A stretch of DNA of 64,000 bases from Octopus sinensis. Taxonomy: Eukaryota. Below are positions 38,674-52,720 of this stretch, one piece after another. Where the stretch lies: contig NC_042999.1 in the NCBI RefSeq assembly GCF_006345805.1, positions 96,348,001 through 96,412,000 on the forward strand, given 5' to 3'. The position numbers and the translations under genes were made by a program. The notes beneath the pieces are model-generated. The model worked only from the letters and a program-made list of their open reading frames with translations, was not told where the DNA came from and made no database searches. Position 1 is the first letter of the stretch. Every line of letters begins with the position of its first letter.

Positions 38674-38996
38674 CAACAACAACAATCCTCATTTTTTGCT
38701 ATAGAACAACAACAACACACAAATGAACAACTATGTCCTCCGCAAGGAAACAACATAATTGCACACTTAAGTTTGGGGGTGGAAGAGGTGATAGTGGTGG
38801 TCATGGCGGCGGTGTGGAGGCTTATAGGTCAGAGGGCGTTGTGAATGAGATTTTAGCAAAGTGTTTGCCAAAAGGTCGGTCATAAGTCAGGGCATTGCTC
38901 CTTTGCAGGTCAGAACACTGACCCGAAAAAGTAAAAGGATAAAAAGGAACTAAATTATATATTAAGGAAGTAATGTGATGTGTGTGTGTGTATGTG

Positions 38997-39027
<31 letters not shown>

Positions 39028-39599
39028 TGTGTGTGTGTGTGTGTGTGCGTGCGTGTGTGTGTGGAAAGTGAAAAGGAAAGTGAAGAGAAAAAAACTAAGG
39101 GAGAACATAAACGGTTAGAGTGAAGACAATTATAAAATAACATATGAAAGCTACTGTAAAAAGATGCCATTTTCAATACTAGATACACCACACACAATGA
39201 CATACAAACACATACACACACGCACACATACATACATACATACATACATACATACATACATACATACATACATACATACATACATACATACATACATACA
39301 TACATACCCACACACAATAACTGGTGTGGATACTCAACTCAGTTTTAGCACATACATGTACATACATGCATGTGTGTATGTGTGTGTAAGAAAGGGAGAT
39401 GAAAATGAAAGAGGGAGAGAGAATGAGAGACAGCGGGTGGGAGAGAGTTGGAGGGAGAGGGGGTGAGAGAAAGCAATTTATCACAGAAGGGTAATTTTAT
39501 ATCCAGTTTTTGATTAATTCTTGATATTAGTACTCGTACACTCAATCAGATCGCAGTCGCTCTAAATGTTAAACCTCACTGTCACCGAGGAACTCTCTT

Positions 39600-40110
39600 G
39601 ATATAACTAGGACGACATCTCAAAGACTGGCACCGCTCTTCAACTTCAGAAAATAATTCAGCACCCCGATCCCCACCCGCCACCAATTGCTAATATTAAA
39701 CAAAACTCGATGAGGTTTGCAATTGAGTACTTACCCATTATCTGTGACGATGTTGTTACACACGCACAAAAATCCTAGATCGCATTCAGAGAATGGTCAC
39801 TTGAATATTTTGGCATAAACCACTCTCAGATAATATCTAGCTTCTGACTATCGGTGTACTGTCAACTCTCCCTATCCTTTCTACCGCTACTATAATGGCT
39901 TCTGTTATTCAGAGATAACTGGTCTTGTGCCATATTCACTCAAGACTCCTGACCCATCATTGTGACTCCCTATCATCGCTTATCTGTCCAACCTCTTAAG
40001 TCCATGGAAAACCATTATGCACAGTCATTTCTCTCTTCCCCAACGCCAGCTTTCTGAAACAACTTCCCTGCCTATACTTTTCTTTCCGGTTAATCACAAA
40101 TGTCAGAGCA
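39600..40110 (+). mobile_element. Degenerate LINE (CR1/L2/Jockey group) RT C-terminal remnant
   Basis: LDRIQRMV..., FYRYYNGFCYSEITGLVP..., NHYAQSF and a tgaaacaacttccct (W/N..P-like) segment, in the order expected for a LINE C-terminus; frameshifted. Confidence 0.7.
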
Positions 40111-40885
40111 GGTTAAAAAAGAGGTCTCCGTTATGAAGTGCCAAAAGATTTCGTCGTACTTCTGCGATCTATTGTCACTTAAACGCCCTCATTCACACAC
40201 TCCCAGACACACACGCACACAAACACACACACACTCATAAGGAGGTGTACTAAACTCAGGCCCAAATCATTTAGAACAACTCTACCGTCTATGTATGTAT
40301 ATATAATGATAGACAGAGAGAAAGAGAGAGAGAGAGATTTCACGTTTTCCAGTGCCGAAATCGCTATGACTAGATAAAATCATGGCTGACAAAATGACTT
40401 TCTGCATGTCTGTACATGCCTCTCTCTCCTTCTCTCATTCTCTTTCACACATACACACACACACACACACGCTCTCTCTCTTTCTTTCTTTCTCTCACTC
40501 TCTCTCACTCTCTCTCTCTCCATATATATATATATACACACACATACACACGCGTATATATATGTATGTATATATATATATATATTTACATAAACATACA
40601 TGTATGTAAGTATATATATGTGCGCGCGCACGCGTGTTTAATACAATTTGCATATATGGTTTTGCTATATAATTCATTGAGCATAATACAGAAAATATAA
40701 ACGAACCATGCTGGTTGTAAATGAGATTTCAAATTTCACCACAAGCTCTCAGAATCAGCCGAAGTATTGTCATATGGATAATTTCTTGCGACATGTTCAC
40801 GTTGAAAATGTTTGAATGTGCAGTGTTATAGGCAGGGATGCAGATACACTTTGTTATATTCTATATTTAGTATTTAACTCCATTA

Positions 40886-41095
40886 AGGCGGCGGGCTGGC
40901 AGAATCATTAGTATGCCGGGCAAAATGCTTAGCATTTCATCTGTCTTTACGTTATGAGTTCAAATTCTGCATAGGTCAACTTTGTCTTTATTCCTTTCAG
41001 GGTCGATAAAATAAGTGCCAGTTGAGCACCGAGGTCCACGTAATCGAATTATTCCCTTCCTCGAAATTGCTGGCCTTGTTCCAAAATTTGAAACC
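40886..41095 (+). mobile_element. SINE family B (ccaaaatttgaaacc tail) with perfect 19-bp target-site duplication
   Basis: agtatttaactccattaag at 40869-40887 and 41096-41114. Confidence 0.93.
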
Positions 41096-42819
41096 AGTAT
41101 TTAACTCCATTAAGTAAACAAATTATATACATTTATATGTGTGCCTGTCTGTGTTATGATGAACTTCTGTATAATTTCTGTAAACCAAGCTGCGTTCATT
41201 TAGTCAGCAGAAGATAAACAAAGAATACTTGGCCAAATTACTGCGCAGCAAGAACGAACCCAGAGCCAGGTGTTTGCGAAGCGAGCGTTTCTCATGCGTT
41301 TAATGCCATTCTAACACACGTGCAAGTGACGTATTGAAGTAGATTCAGTTGTACCTTGTTATAATTGCTTTACATCATTTTAACCTGTTTAATTGTTGTT
41401 ATATAAATTTTGGCCAACTGTGTAAATCTTCAATTTTTTTTTAGTTTTCTTAGATTTCATCGGCATTTTGTGTAAGACTTGTCACAACTGTGAAAATATG
41501 TCACATTATAACTATAATTTCAACAGCCTTAAAAATGAATTCTATTTCAGGAAATGTTTAAGTTAGGTGATATAACATCCTTCTTAATATGTTTATATGT
41601 CTGACAGTTGATTTATTAGCAAATGATTCTTGACAAAAATAGATGGAATTAAGTGTTATTTAAATGAACTTCTTGCTTAAACCATGCGTAGTAACTGACT
41701 TTTTTTTTGCCTTTAGAATGATCGACAGTGCCTTACATTCCACAGAGTTGTCAAATGTAAACCACCAAAGCTATGTTAATCTATTACAGTCTAAACACGA
41801 AGAAAAAGGTACTCCTAAAATAAAACTGTTGGAATTCGTTCGCTTTTCTATCGTACAGCAGACAAAATAGATATCTTTAAAATAACCTGTTTGACAAACC
41901 ACTCAAGTTTACTGAAGTGATTAGTTTTTAAAATCTTCAGTCTAATATCAAAATGTAAGAGAGGATAGCAATAGAGTTAAAGTAAATGAAGAAAAGAAAG
42001 AAAGAAATCAGTAAATTTTTTCTTCATCAAAAATGTTATGAAATCCAACAATACAGAATGGTTTCAGAATGTCAATCTTTGATTTTATATTATCTGGCCT
42101 CTAACTGGGACGAATCATTACCAGCAACATGTACTTCCTCTATGATGTTATACTCAATTGCATGAAACCGAAGCTGAAAAATCTACGCCTCAGTCGGAGA
42201 AGTGCAAAACCATGACTGTATTCATTAGACCCCAATATTTCTTTTAGCCATACCCAAGGAAGAGGTTGAACTTATTAAGTAGGCAGTTCTGATAATTACT
42301 GTCCCTACTAACAGATGGGAAGTGTAATAGTATTTGTCATGGTATTTATAGCTACATTTGTCTGGATATGAACCAACGACTATTTATTCGCTCTAATCTA
42401 CCGGCTCAACCATCTGGGATTACAAAATTACTTTATAACAATGTATCCTGACGTCAGCTGCCGTGTTGTTTTGCTTAGCCCTGTGGTCCGTGGTGGGAAT
42501 ATCTATTTAATTGTTGAAAGGGTTTCTCTAGGATCTGAGTCATCAAATACGTATATCCGAAATATAAAGCGAAAAGTGTGAGGTTCGGTACAGAAACTTG
42601 GGGAGCACCCCACTAGGATTACTAATTAGATATAATATGGTCTCTCTTCCTCTCTCTCTCTCTGTCTGCACGCATATATTGTTACATAAATATGTGTCCC
42701 ACAAACCCACAGCGACAAATAGAAAGTGCAATATAATTATATATAATCATAAGCTAACTCACACTCTCACATACAATTTTACGTACTCAATGATATCGAG
42801 AAACACACACACGCACACA

Positions 42820-42866
<47 letters not shown>

Positions 42867-43276
42867 GCGCGCATACACAGACAAATACACACACATAATG
42901 ACATATTTACACACATTTATAGTACTGAAGCTCTGTCCAGGGACCGAAACCTAAGTATTTTCCTTGGAAACTATAAGTTGCTCTGACATCAGAATATTTC
43001 CATCAGTCATGATAATGCAATTGAATGATATTAAGTACTTGATGGTTGCAGGCTGCAGAAGTGACCGAGAAACAGAATAATAGGCAGTTTGATTACCTCA
43101 GTGGGGCAAGTATGGATGGAACTCACGATGCACATTCATTTTACTAACAGCAAGCCATTCCACACTGAACTGTCGAACTTTTCTTTGCATACATGTCATT
43201 GTATCATATGGGTTGTCGTGGCTCCGTTGATATCTCTTACACCAGTTGTTTCGTTTTAAAATAGTAGATTCTCGTT

Positions 43277-43610
43277 AAGGCGGAATCGATTAAAATAAGT
43301 ACCAATTGAGCACTGAGGTGGATGTAATTGACTTATTCCGCCCCCGAAATTGCTGGCCCTGTGCCAAAACTTGAAATCAATATATTAGATTCTTGTAAGG
43401 CAGTGAGCTGACAGAATCGTTAGCACGCCGGGGGAAATGCTTAGTAGCATTTCGTCCATCTTTACATTCTGAGTTCAAATTCTGCCGAGATTGAGTTTGC
43501 CTGTCATCCTTTCGGGGTCGACAAAATAAGTACCAGTTGAGCACTGGTGTCGATGTAATCGACTCATCCCATCCCCCGAAATTGCTGGCTTTGTGCAAAA
43601 ATTTTAAATC
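43277..43610 (+). mobile_element. Two tandem SINE family B copies: an internally deleted copy (43277-43380) and a full copy (43397-43610)
   Basis: tatattagattctt is duplicated at 43381-43394 and 43613-43626; related tagattctc upstream of the first copy. Confidence 0.88.
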
Positions 43611-45136
43611 CCTATATTAGATTCTTATGATTAGATAGAAATGGATCGCTTAGAGCGTAGAATACAAGAAAGGAAATATTTTGCTGGTTGTGCACCTCCC
43701 AATCACATTAACAGCGTAAGTGAACTGCCATGGCTTCATAAAAATCGAAATTTGTTTCACAGTGTTCTAAATTGCTAATAAATAGATAACTATGTTTTTG
43801 GAGTAAGTAAAAAGTCAAATTCTGTGCAAGAGATTATAGCCAATTGAATTTAACCCAGTACCCATTTAACAACCCTGACGTGTTGAAATTTGAGCTAGTA
43901 ACTGTGAAATAAAGAACTCATAATGAAACGTAACATTCAACTCTTTTCCTGCTACATTGTGAGAAATAGATAATGATTTCCTTTTATTAAAGATAAAGCG
44001 AACCCTTACATGGAAGAGGCTACAGTCGACGAAATCCACTTGTATTTATTCTATCGATATAAGAGGAAAATTAAATTAAATACTATAAGGCATTTAGTTT
44101 GATACTCCACTATTTTTACTAACTAGTTATAATACTGTTGTCGATAATATTATTCTGTTTGACATGAAGTTGGAGTGTTACGCTTTAAAGAAACTTAACT
44201 ATTGAATGAAAGCAACGGTCTATAAGTTTAAGCATCAAATGAGAAATAAGATTATAGAGTGGTAGTTTTCATTATAAGTATCAATTCAGTTGATAAATAG
44301 CTCAGCGATAGGTGGCAAAATCGATAGAAGCCATGCAGTATTTAGTTACATCGACAATCCTTTACATAATTTTAGAGCCGATAAAATAAAATAGAATTGA
44401 TGTATTATATTGTTCTCTTCCTTACAACTTGTACCTTGTGCAGGCTATGAAACGCTCTTATTTAGTTTTGGGGAGAGACAGTCACCAAAATATTTCAGGC
44501 CGTTATCAAACTGGTGAGATTTATGTTAGTAAAGATCACTTAAAACTTCTGCTAGATAAGAAAACGGTGTGCTAAATTTTTGAAGGAAGAATTGGGTAAA
44601 ATTGTGGAGATTTGAGGGATTACACACAGTAGAAATAATAAAATAACAACGAAAAGTCATGGGTTAGATTAGTGACTTTGATGTCTGGAAGCCATGCAGC
44701 AGAATAGTTAGTGTCAGAGTTAGTAAACTCTAAATGGGCGGGTGTCTGTTTTAGCCTTTAATTAAAACACATGGGTCATATATGGTAGGGGGTAGACTGT
44801 GGGACCAAATCTTATTCCTAGGTTTCAGTGACATTGGCACATCTTTTATTGAAACGTAGCGTCAAAGAAATCGCTGCAGCATGCAGACACAATTGCAATA
44901 ATCGTGTGCACCACTACTGCAAAATATATCACAGTCTACCCAAATCCTTCTTATTGTTTCTTGTTGTTATTGCTCATGTTGTTCTTGTTCTTGTTCTTGG
45001 TATTATTGTTTTTCTTGTCCTCATTTCGCTTGCTCTTGTTCTACTTTTTGCATCCCAATCTCTTTAGACCACACACCCATGCGTATGCATGCGTATATAG
45101 TGAACTATATATAATACGCACATACACACAACCATC

Positions 45137-45183
<47 letters not shown>

Positions 45184-45599
45184 TCTGTGTGTGTGTGCAT
45201 GCTTATGTATGTTCATGTTTATATATACGCATAGACGTACAGAGTTCATACATGTGTGTGTGCGTGTATGTATGAAAACGCACACACTCATACACGCATG
45301 CACATACATCACAAACGCAGACATAGATGTAGGACAATGATCTCAGACACCGGCCCACCGCAAGGATAATCTGTCACCGCCACCATTTTGCCCTCAGCCA
45401 TACCACTCATACCGCTACTACTATCGCTATCACCATCATCATCATCATCATGCTTTTTTTATTTTTATAAGGTTATACAAAAGTGGGGCAGTATTTATAA
45501 GTGATACAGAACGCCATGTAAACATTTTCTTGACAAAAATTCAAACAGATGTGGTAATAGTGTGATAAATTTGTTGTAATAGTGTGTGTGTGAGCGCGC

Positions 45600-45651
<52 letters not shown>

Positions 45652-46321
45652 GTGTCTGTGTGTGTGTGTATGTGTCTGTCTGTGTGTGTGTGTGGTAGAT
45701 AGTAGCATGAGATAATTGCGTGGTAATAAAGAGAGGGGCTAAGTTGTTGTTTCACCCTAGATCACTTGATAGAGCAGACCTATGTTCAAAGGCGGTTCGA
45801 AACTGTACATCGAGAACGAACGAGATTTTATCTACGTGGACGTTGGAAATAGCAGCAAAAATCTTTCTCAAATCAGACTCTGCCGTCGTAATACAAGAAC
45901 ACACTTGTGGGATGGGGTAATTAAAGTATACAATAATAATGAGAATGATGAATCTAAGTGTTAATTTGTCATAACTATACGACAGTAACGTGATAAATGT
46001 TTGGTTATGGACAAAAGAATGTGATAAATTTAAGAGATATTGGTGGATAACGAATATAGAATAATATACAATAAATTCATGTGATGATAAATAGCATATA
46101 AGGGACACTTGTGATAAAATGTATTGTGATTATGTCTAAGCTGAAACCACAGTCGACCCTCATCTGCTGATGTTCGTTACAACTGTATGCAATGATCATG
46201 AAGTACAAATGTACGATGCAATGTGCATAATAATACTCAGTACCTCATTAAGGCAATAAGCTAAACAAGGTACAGCCTGGGCTTCATAATCCGCTGGATC
46301 CTTAAAATATTTAAAAGGTAT

Positions 46322-46421
46322 AAGGCGTCGACAAATTAAGTACCAGTTGCGTACTGGGGTCGATTTAATCGACTGGTCTCCTCCCCCAAACTTTCGGGCC
46401 TTGTGCCTAGAGTAGAAAAGA
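46322..46421 (+). mobile_element. SINE family B, head-less or internally deleted copy with target-site duplication
   Basis: aaggcg is joined directly to tcgacaaattaagtaccagttgcgtactggggtcg...ctagagtagaaaag; flanks aatatttaaaagg at 46306-46318 and 46421-46433. Confidence 0.85.
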
Positions 46422-48134
46422 ATATTTAAAAGGCATATATGTTAGTGAGACGTTTTGCGATATATATATCCAGGCTTCATATAGTTTATGTTTCACTAAG
46501 TGTAAAATGAGTGCTGGAAATAATGCTTGTTGTAATGATACTTTTGAATTGGCACATAGCTTCAAACAGAGAGAAAGGATCATATTCGTTTGAATCGACT
46601 ACAACATTTCCAGTATCTATTCAATTATTTGATCTTGGATATATGAATGACGAAACTGTTCCCGGTGGGATCTGAACTCCAAAAGTGGAGGTGTGAATCT
46701 AAATATTTCTAAATATCTAAACTTCTCCACTAGTGCTTTTATGAAAATATTTCGTCACTTTGGTTCTCTTGAACGATTGTCTGGCATATTGAAGTTTCCA
46801 TCTCGAAACTAGCTCCCGCCAAAAGATACATTATACTACTCTACTTATAGGAGAAACACTTTGCGTTTTATACATATCACTTGTTTAATTCAGGGAAATC
46901 GTCTTGAAGCTAATCTATTCGTTAACAAGCAACAATAAAGAAAGCAGTAACTGTGTAGCTTAATTTACGTTTGGAAAGCTGAACAAAGTGTGAAGGGAAA
47001 ATATAGAGAAAAAAAAAACATGCTTAAAACCGACAATAAAAACGATGTCATAAACTTTTGGCGAATCTGACAGCTGTTCTCATCTTGAAGTGTTTAATTA
47101 TCTTCCATCACAATCAGTGTTGAGTGCATGGCTACTAGATTGGGCTGTAAGTGGCAAATTACGCTGCTCTTCAAGACTAAAAGCTGTATTGTACTACTTT
47201 CGATTGAAAAAATTTAATTTTTAAAGGGAAGGGCCCTATTAGATGTTATATTAGATTGTCAACTAAGCAAATTAGATTTGTCCCACAGGTAATCGTTTTG
47301 GATTGCTTCCTAAAATTCGCTACTTTTGAGAATTTAATGCTACTTTTTATAAAATTGAACAGGTAACAAATGTCTAGTTGGCCATAAAAGCCTTAAACCA
47401 CGACAGATGTTCGCAACACTTACCTGCAAGATATAGTATCCAAATTTACAACATTACATGTTATGTAAGATCAATTAATACTAAGTAACCCATGTGGTCA
47501 TGAATCCTTTTAATCAAAAGTATTCTCGTTCAGTGTTGATCTGGGACTAAAACAACAATAACAATATTGCTACAAGTCCTTGACACTTCAGTGAAGGTGT
47601 CCGCTAACCTCATCAGAAAAAAAATGTGAGATATGATCTCCTGTAAAATTACAACGGTAACAACAATAGCAAACACTAAGATCAAGAACGACGACGATAC
47701 CACAATTACAACTAACAAAAGAAATAATAGAAATAACTTCTACGATACTAACAACAATTAAAAACAGAGAAACTCAATTTTGCTAGGTATAGAAAAGTGT
47801 CGTTGAAAAGTGAACTAAAGGAAATAGCATTTCGCAAAACGAGGGTCAGTGAATAGATAGATAATTGGTTTCAATTGCTATCAACTTTCAATATCCAACA
47901 TACCTACCACTTTCACCATTTGCATTAGTACTGTTAATGGTCCAACGAATCACTAACAACATCGTTATCACAACATTGTCACTGATATTTCTCACATCTC
48001 TGATTGTTAGAATGATAACAGAAGCAATAATATAATGCTTGCCTTCTATCCCTGCCTTCACCTATATCGCTATATTATCGCAATACTATAGCTATGGCCG
48101 CAACTTCAAATAACTAATACTATAGCTCTGACGC

Positions 48135-48176
48135 GACAGACAGACAGACAGACAGACAGACAACAGACAGACAGAC

Positions 48177-48252
<76 letters not shown>
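48135..48252. repeat. Compound (GACA)n(GATA)n microsatellite
   Basis: Directly visible. Confidence 0.95.
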
Positions 48253-49569
48253 GCGAGGGCAGAACAACCCCGAATTGCTAACTTAAAAGATCTTTATTCT
48301 CTACGTGTGGTTTTGAGAGGAAATACACAGAGTTTACGCAAAATTGCTTAAGATCAGTTATAACCACCATGTATATTCATTTCGGTCTAGATATAGAGCT
48401 AATTCCATCCTTCTATTCCAGCATGCCAGGAAATTAAGAAGCAGTAGAACAGAAAGCGTTTTCGAAATCTGGAATAATGTAAACAAAGTATCCTCGTACA
48501 ATAACTAAAGAAGATTCACTCTGTGCTTATCTGCGTATTTATCTATTCTGAAACATCTGTCAAGAACGTTTCACAAAGGATACGCAATGTTATCTTTTAT
48601 CAAAGTACAGTAAGAACGATAATTCTAGTAGAACAATTTTGTTCGATCGGTCTTCTTTGAGTAATATTTGTATCTAATTCGTAATAATTTGATCTCTGCT
48701 TATTACTTCACGTTACGTACCCCATTACGCATTATATATTGTTAAAGATTAGTCTGCGTGAAAGATATGTTCTCATTTTCTTCTCTTCCACTCCCACGTA
48801 TACACATTTATGCATTAAGTTATGGCACACACTTTATTGACGGAGAACTTTTGAAGAAATCCAATGTTTCTGCGTCTGCAGTTCCCATTTCTCATCTGCT
48901 CCAAGTCAGAAATTAGATCCCGGAAATAGTTTCTACTTAGAAACGCATAATCTAGAGATGCTTGTCTTATAGTACCGGGACGTTTTCATGTGACATCTAA
49001 GAATTGATTATTCATTTATAGTACTACTGAAGATTTGTATAAAAGCGGGTAGGACGGAAGTTCATTTGAATGAAGAAGGCGTTTTAAAAGTGTTTTATTT
49101 GAAAAATTCATTTCGGTATCTTAACCTTTCGAAAAACTTATCGTAGAATTTTATGGGACTTGATTAAGATTTCCATGTCATGAGGCTTATAGTTACTAAC
49201 TGTATCCTGCATATGTAGAGTAAATGTTACGGTGTGATACAATGATTATACACACATATACACACAAACGTACGTGCCTGCTCATGTTTGTGGGAAGATA
49301 TAAGTATATATATAACATTACTTTAGCTACATGACTCATGTCACTCTGAGACCGTCTTTCTATTTCCTTCGTGCCAATCTCTGGTCAGCTTTATAAAACA
49401 TCACTTTAGATTTGTGATCAATTACACCTGAGCAAGCCAACTCACATTCAAGTATTCCGTTAGCTTTTTGAGGCTAAGACCTAGCAGTCAAATTCCTGTA
49501 TGACGCTTATTCCTTTCCCCTACCCATCAATCAAGCCGTCTTTATATGGCACTATGTACGTATTATTTA

Positions 49570-49612
<43 letters not shown>

Positions 49613-52589
49613 TACACTTTTGTTATGCTAGTTCTCTTTTTCTAGGACATCTCTTTACAGATTGTATTTTAGACTACCACTTTTAACACCACTACCGTTA
49701 CTAAAACTGCTACCATTATCAGTTTCAATTTCAGTGATGGCAATTTAACTTACCCGCTATTCTTGAGAAAATGACGTCATAACATCGCCCCCTAAAAGCA
49801 ATAGGGCTGATTATACACAAATGGGAATGATCTCGGAGGAGGGGATCAAATAACTGACTTTATTTCATACATCAGTTTAGTAGTTCCTCTCTTTCAAATT
49901 TGAATTTACTACGAAACACTCTCTCTATGCTTTTAGCTACAGTCATATTTTGTCAAGTAAAGACGATTTGATTATCCTGTTGAAATATGAAAACATCACT
50001 GCTGAGAGGGTTCAACTATCCTGACCAACTCATGCCCTTATACGTTGAACCAATATTTATTTATTTGAAATAGCATACGTTATAAAGCAGTTGTTAGAAC
50101 TCTACTAGCGACTTTTTATCAGTAGCTCAAAAGATTAGCGATCGTATTCCTCTATTTGAATTAATAAAGGCGCTTGGCATTCATTGCTAAGCTTTTTAGG
50201 TTGTTTGCATTTTGTTTCATTTCAGTTCTGATCGAACAGATCTATAACCAAAGCTGCTTTAGGCTTGATCATCCAATTTTTCTTTCAAACACAATATATA
50301 AAGCATATAAATGTTTTAAACATTAAGCAGATTTTCATATAGTGAAATGAATATTTATGCATTCTTTGAAATGTCACAGAGATTAGACAAATGTGGTTAG
50401 AGAACAGAAGTTCTATGTTTAACAATTATTAGAAACATGAATGTACAATGTCTGTTTTCTGAATTTTTTTTTTTTTTTAGTTACTGTTGTGTCTCCGACA
50501 GAGATGCTTCATCTTGAGTAAGGTACTCAGCTCTACATGAATAGATATATAGCTAGAGATCACACTACTTAAGCGAAAGGTCGATAGCTCAGACAAGAAG
50601 CAAATAGCTCCCGGGTTCTGAATTCGAATTTTGCCTTCGTAAAAATGATAATAAGATACGGTAGAGAACTCTCATTTGCATTGATTTTGCGAATTTTTTT
50701 TTGTAACCAAATTAGACACCAAATCTGCAATTAGACATTGATCTAGTGGACAGACTTGAAAAATATCACAGTAGAAGAAATCCAAGTATCTAAAATATGT
50801 CATTAGAGAAGAAGCCTGTTGGGAAGAGGAACGCGGTGTAACAGAAGATGACACATTGTTCAGTGTCCAAGCAATCGGCCTTTCGTCACTTTCACGAATT
50901 TAACGCTAGGTATATTGAAGCAAGCGGAGTTGAGCGTCTTGCTAAAGATACAGCAATACTGATAAGGACACACTAGTAACTGAAGAGAACCTGATAAAGG
51001 ATTTTCTCAGGAAAATGTTTGTGATAATTCAATGACACATAAGGTATTTTATTCATTTCATTTTCAACAATGCTAAAGTTGTGTTCTTTCTTTCTATCCA
51101 AATATATCACTTTCAATTAGTTTGTTGCTCTGAGAACTGTATATCACGGATATAATAGTCAAGTGGTTAAATAGTTGTATTGGCCAAACCTGTTCCGGCA
51201 TTACACACTTCAAATATCTTTATATCTGCAGTGATCTATATCAGCTGAAGTAACTTAATTTCTTTTTTCATGACAAACGAATATTAGTAGACAGATTCTA
51301 ACCAACAGAATATGCAGTCCGATTTTGATTCCTAGATACCACCAGCCATTTTATTAATGTTAATTATTTTCGCTAATGCTAAAAAAATACTAAGAACGCT
51401 AGCTCATAGCAGTGTAGTGCATAGCTAATAACAGTCCTTCCTGTGAATAACAATTCATATTAGACTTCAAGAGACCTTTTATGTTGCCGTTTGATCGGCT
51501 GGAAATATCAGCCAAAACTTACTCAAATCACACTATTGTCTTAAAGATGAATAAACTTGATAGTGTAATTTTTGTTAAGGTATGCCAGCAAAATAGCATG
51601 GTCAGGAGTAAAATAGGTCTATTTGATCAAGACTGACAACTTCTTTACAAGCAGATGACTAAGTCGTGGATGATATACGAATACAAATCGTAAACCTTTC
51701 GATTAACATAATAGTATCCTTAGACAGATGTGATTTCCCATAAAAATAGATTTATTAAGACAAAATTTATATTATTATTATACTTATACATTGTAACTGT
51801 ATTATATTATATCTGGGTAAACAAATATAAAATTGTTCTGTGGCCAATCTAAGAAAATGGCAGCTGGGTGTTAATGAGGTCAGGAACACTGAATTTCTTG
51901 TAATTGTTGAGTGTGGTGCTTAAAAGTTATCCGCTCCAAGGAAGTGTTGATCTTGTGATTGTTTCGTACAACTGGCACTCCCAAGTACAATGATCCAGCC
52001 AACATATTTTCTTTGAGTAGTTACGAAAAAAGAACTTATGATGCGGATATACGTCAAAGCTATGAAAAATAACAAACTTCCCAAGTGTTTTCAAAAAAGT
52101 TAATAGCGAGTGATACTGAGAAGTTATAATGTGAACTAATTCAATCAGCTGCAGCTTTCCCCCGTCATTTAAGCTGCTAATGCTTTTAAGAATAAGTGAC
52201 TGTCTAACTACCCAGTTCTCTTTTGTTGATGTCAATGAGTTGAATACCAATGACATCAAAAATAACCACATACATATTTCAGCTGTACGTCAAATAAATA
52301 CAGTTAGATATCAATATATTTGGTCACGTTAAGCAGAAAGTTCGACGATCAATAAGCTGAAGAATGAAAAGAGAAACGAAACACACGGGATGGTAAAAAT
52401 AGTTACAGACTAGATGCTTTCAGGTATTTATTTCAGTGTTTTCAATCTCTAAGTCGTATCCAGCCGAAATCTACGGAATAAAATATCAGTTATCTAATAA
52501 GTCGTTCCCATCGAATACATCTCGCCACAAAAATTAGTTTTCTGCTTCAATAATAGATCAATTTATTTGCAACAAGTGATATCAGTTGC

Positions 52590-52720
52590 ATGGCCATTGA
52601 TTCGACTATGAGGACTTCCATGAAGCCTTCACGAAGCGGCTGGAGCGCAACAGGTGCAGTGAAGTCAGAGAATCCTACTTTCAAAGAGATTAAAGTCTGA
52701 AAACCTCTGGAATGTATCTT
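52590..52720 (+). mobile_element. Mariner transposase extreme C-terminal remnant
   Basis: FDYEDFHEAFTKRLERNRCSEVRESYFQRD* resembles the mariner C-terminal helix pattern (EDF..AF.KL.ER..KC....G.YFE.D). Confidence 0.5.

Noticed and set aside
41717-41808. Plus-strand segment bounded by ttttttgcctttag and AAG|gtac
   Set aside because: Splice-like signals only; no recognisable protein and no partner exons.
45320-45400. Minus-strand CGGPVSEIIVLHLC as a B-chain candidate
   Set aside because: 12 rather than 11 residues between the Cys; upstream is an Asp/Ser repeat, not a signal peptide; stop follows; donor is poor.
45720-45920. Plus-strand ORF ending QEHTCGMG, reminiscent of molluscan B-chain starts
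   Set aside because: Wrong strand for the A-chain exon; stops before any further Cys; no signal peptide.
46085-46200. Minus-strand SCNEHQQMRVDCGFSL as a B-chain candidate
   Set aside because: No second B-chain Cys, no signal peptide and no phase-1 donor.
35438-47620. Other CTGATGA occurrences (near 35440 plus strand, near 47610 minus strand)
   Set aside because: No downstream GAAA, stem III or stem I complement, so not hammerheads.
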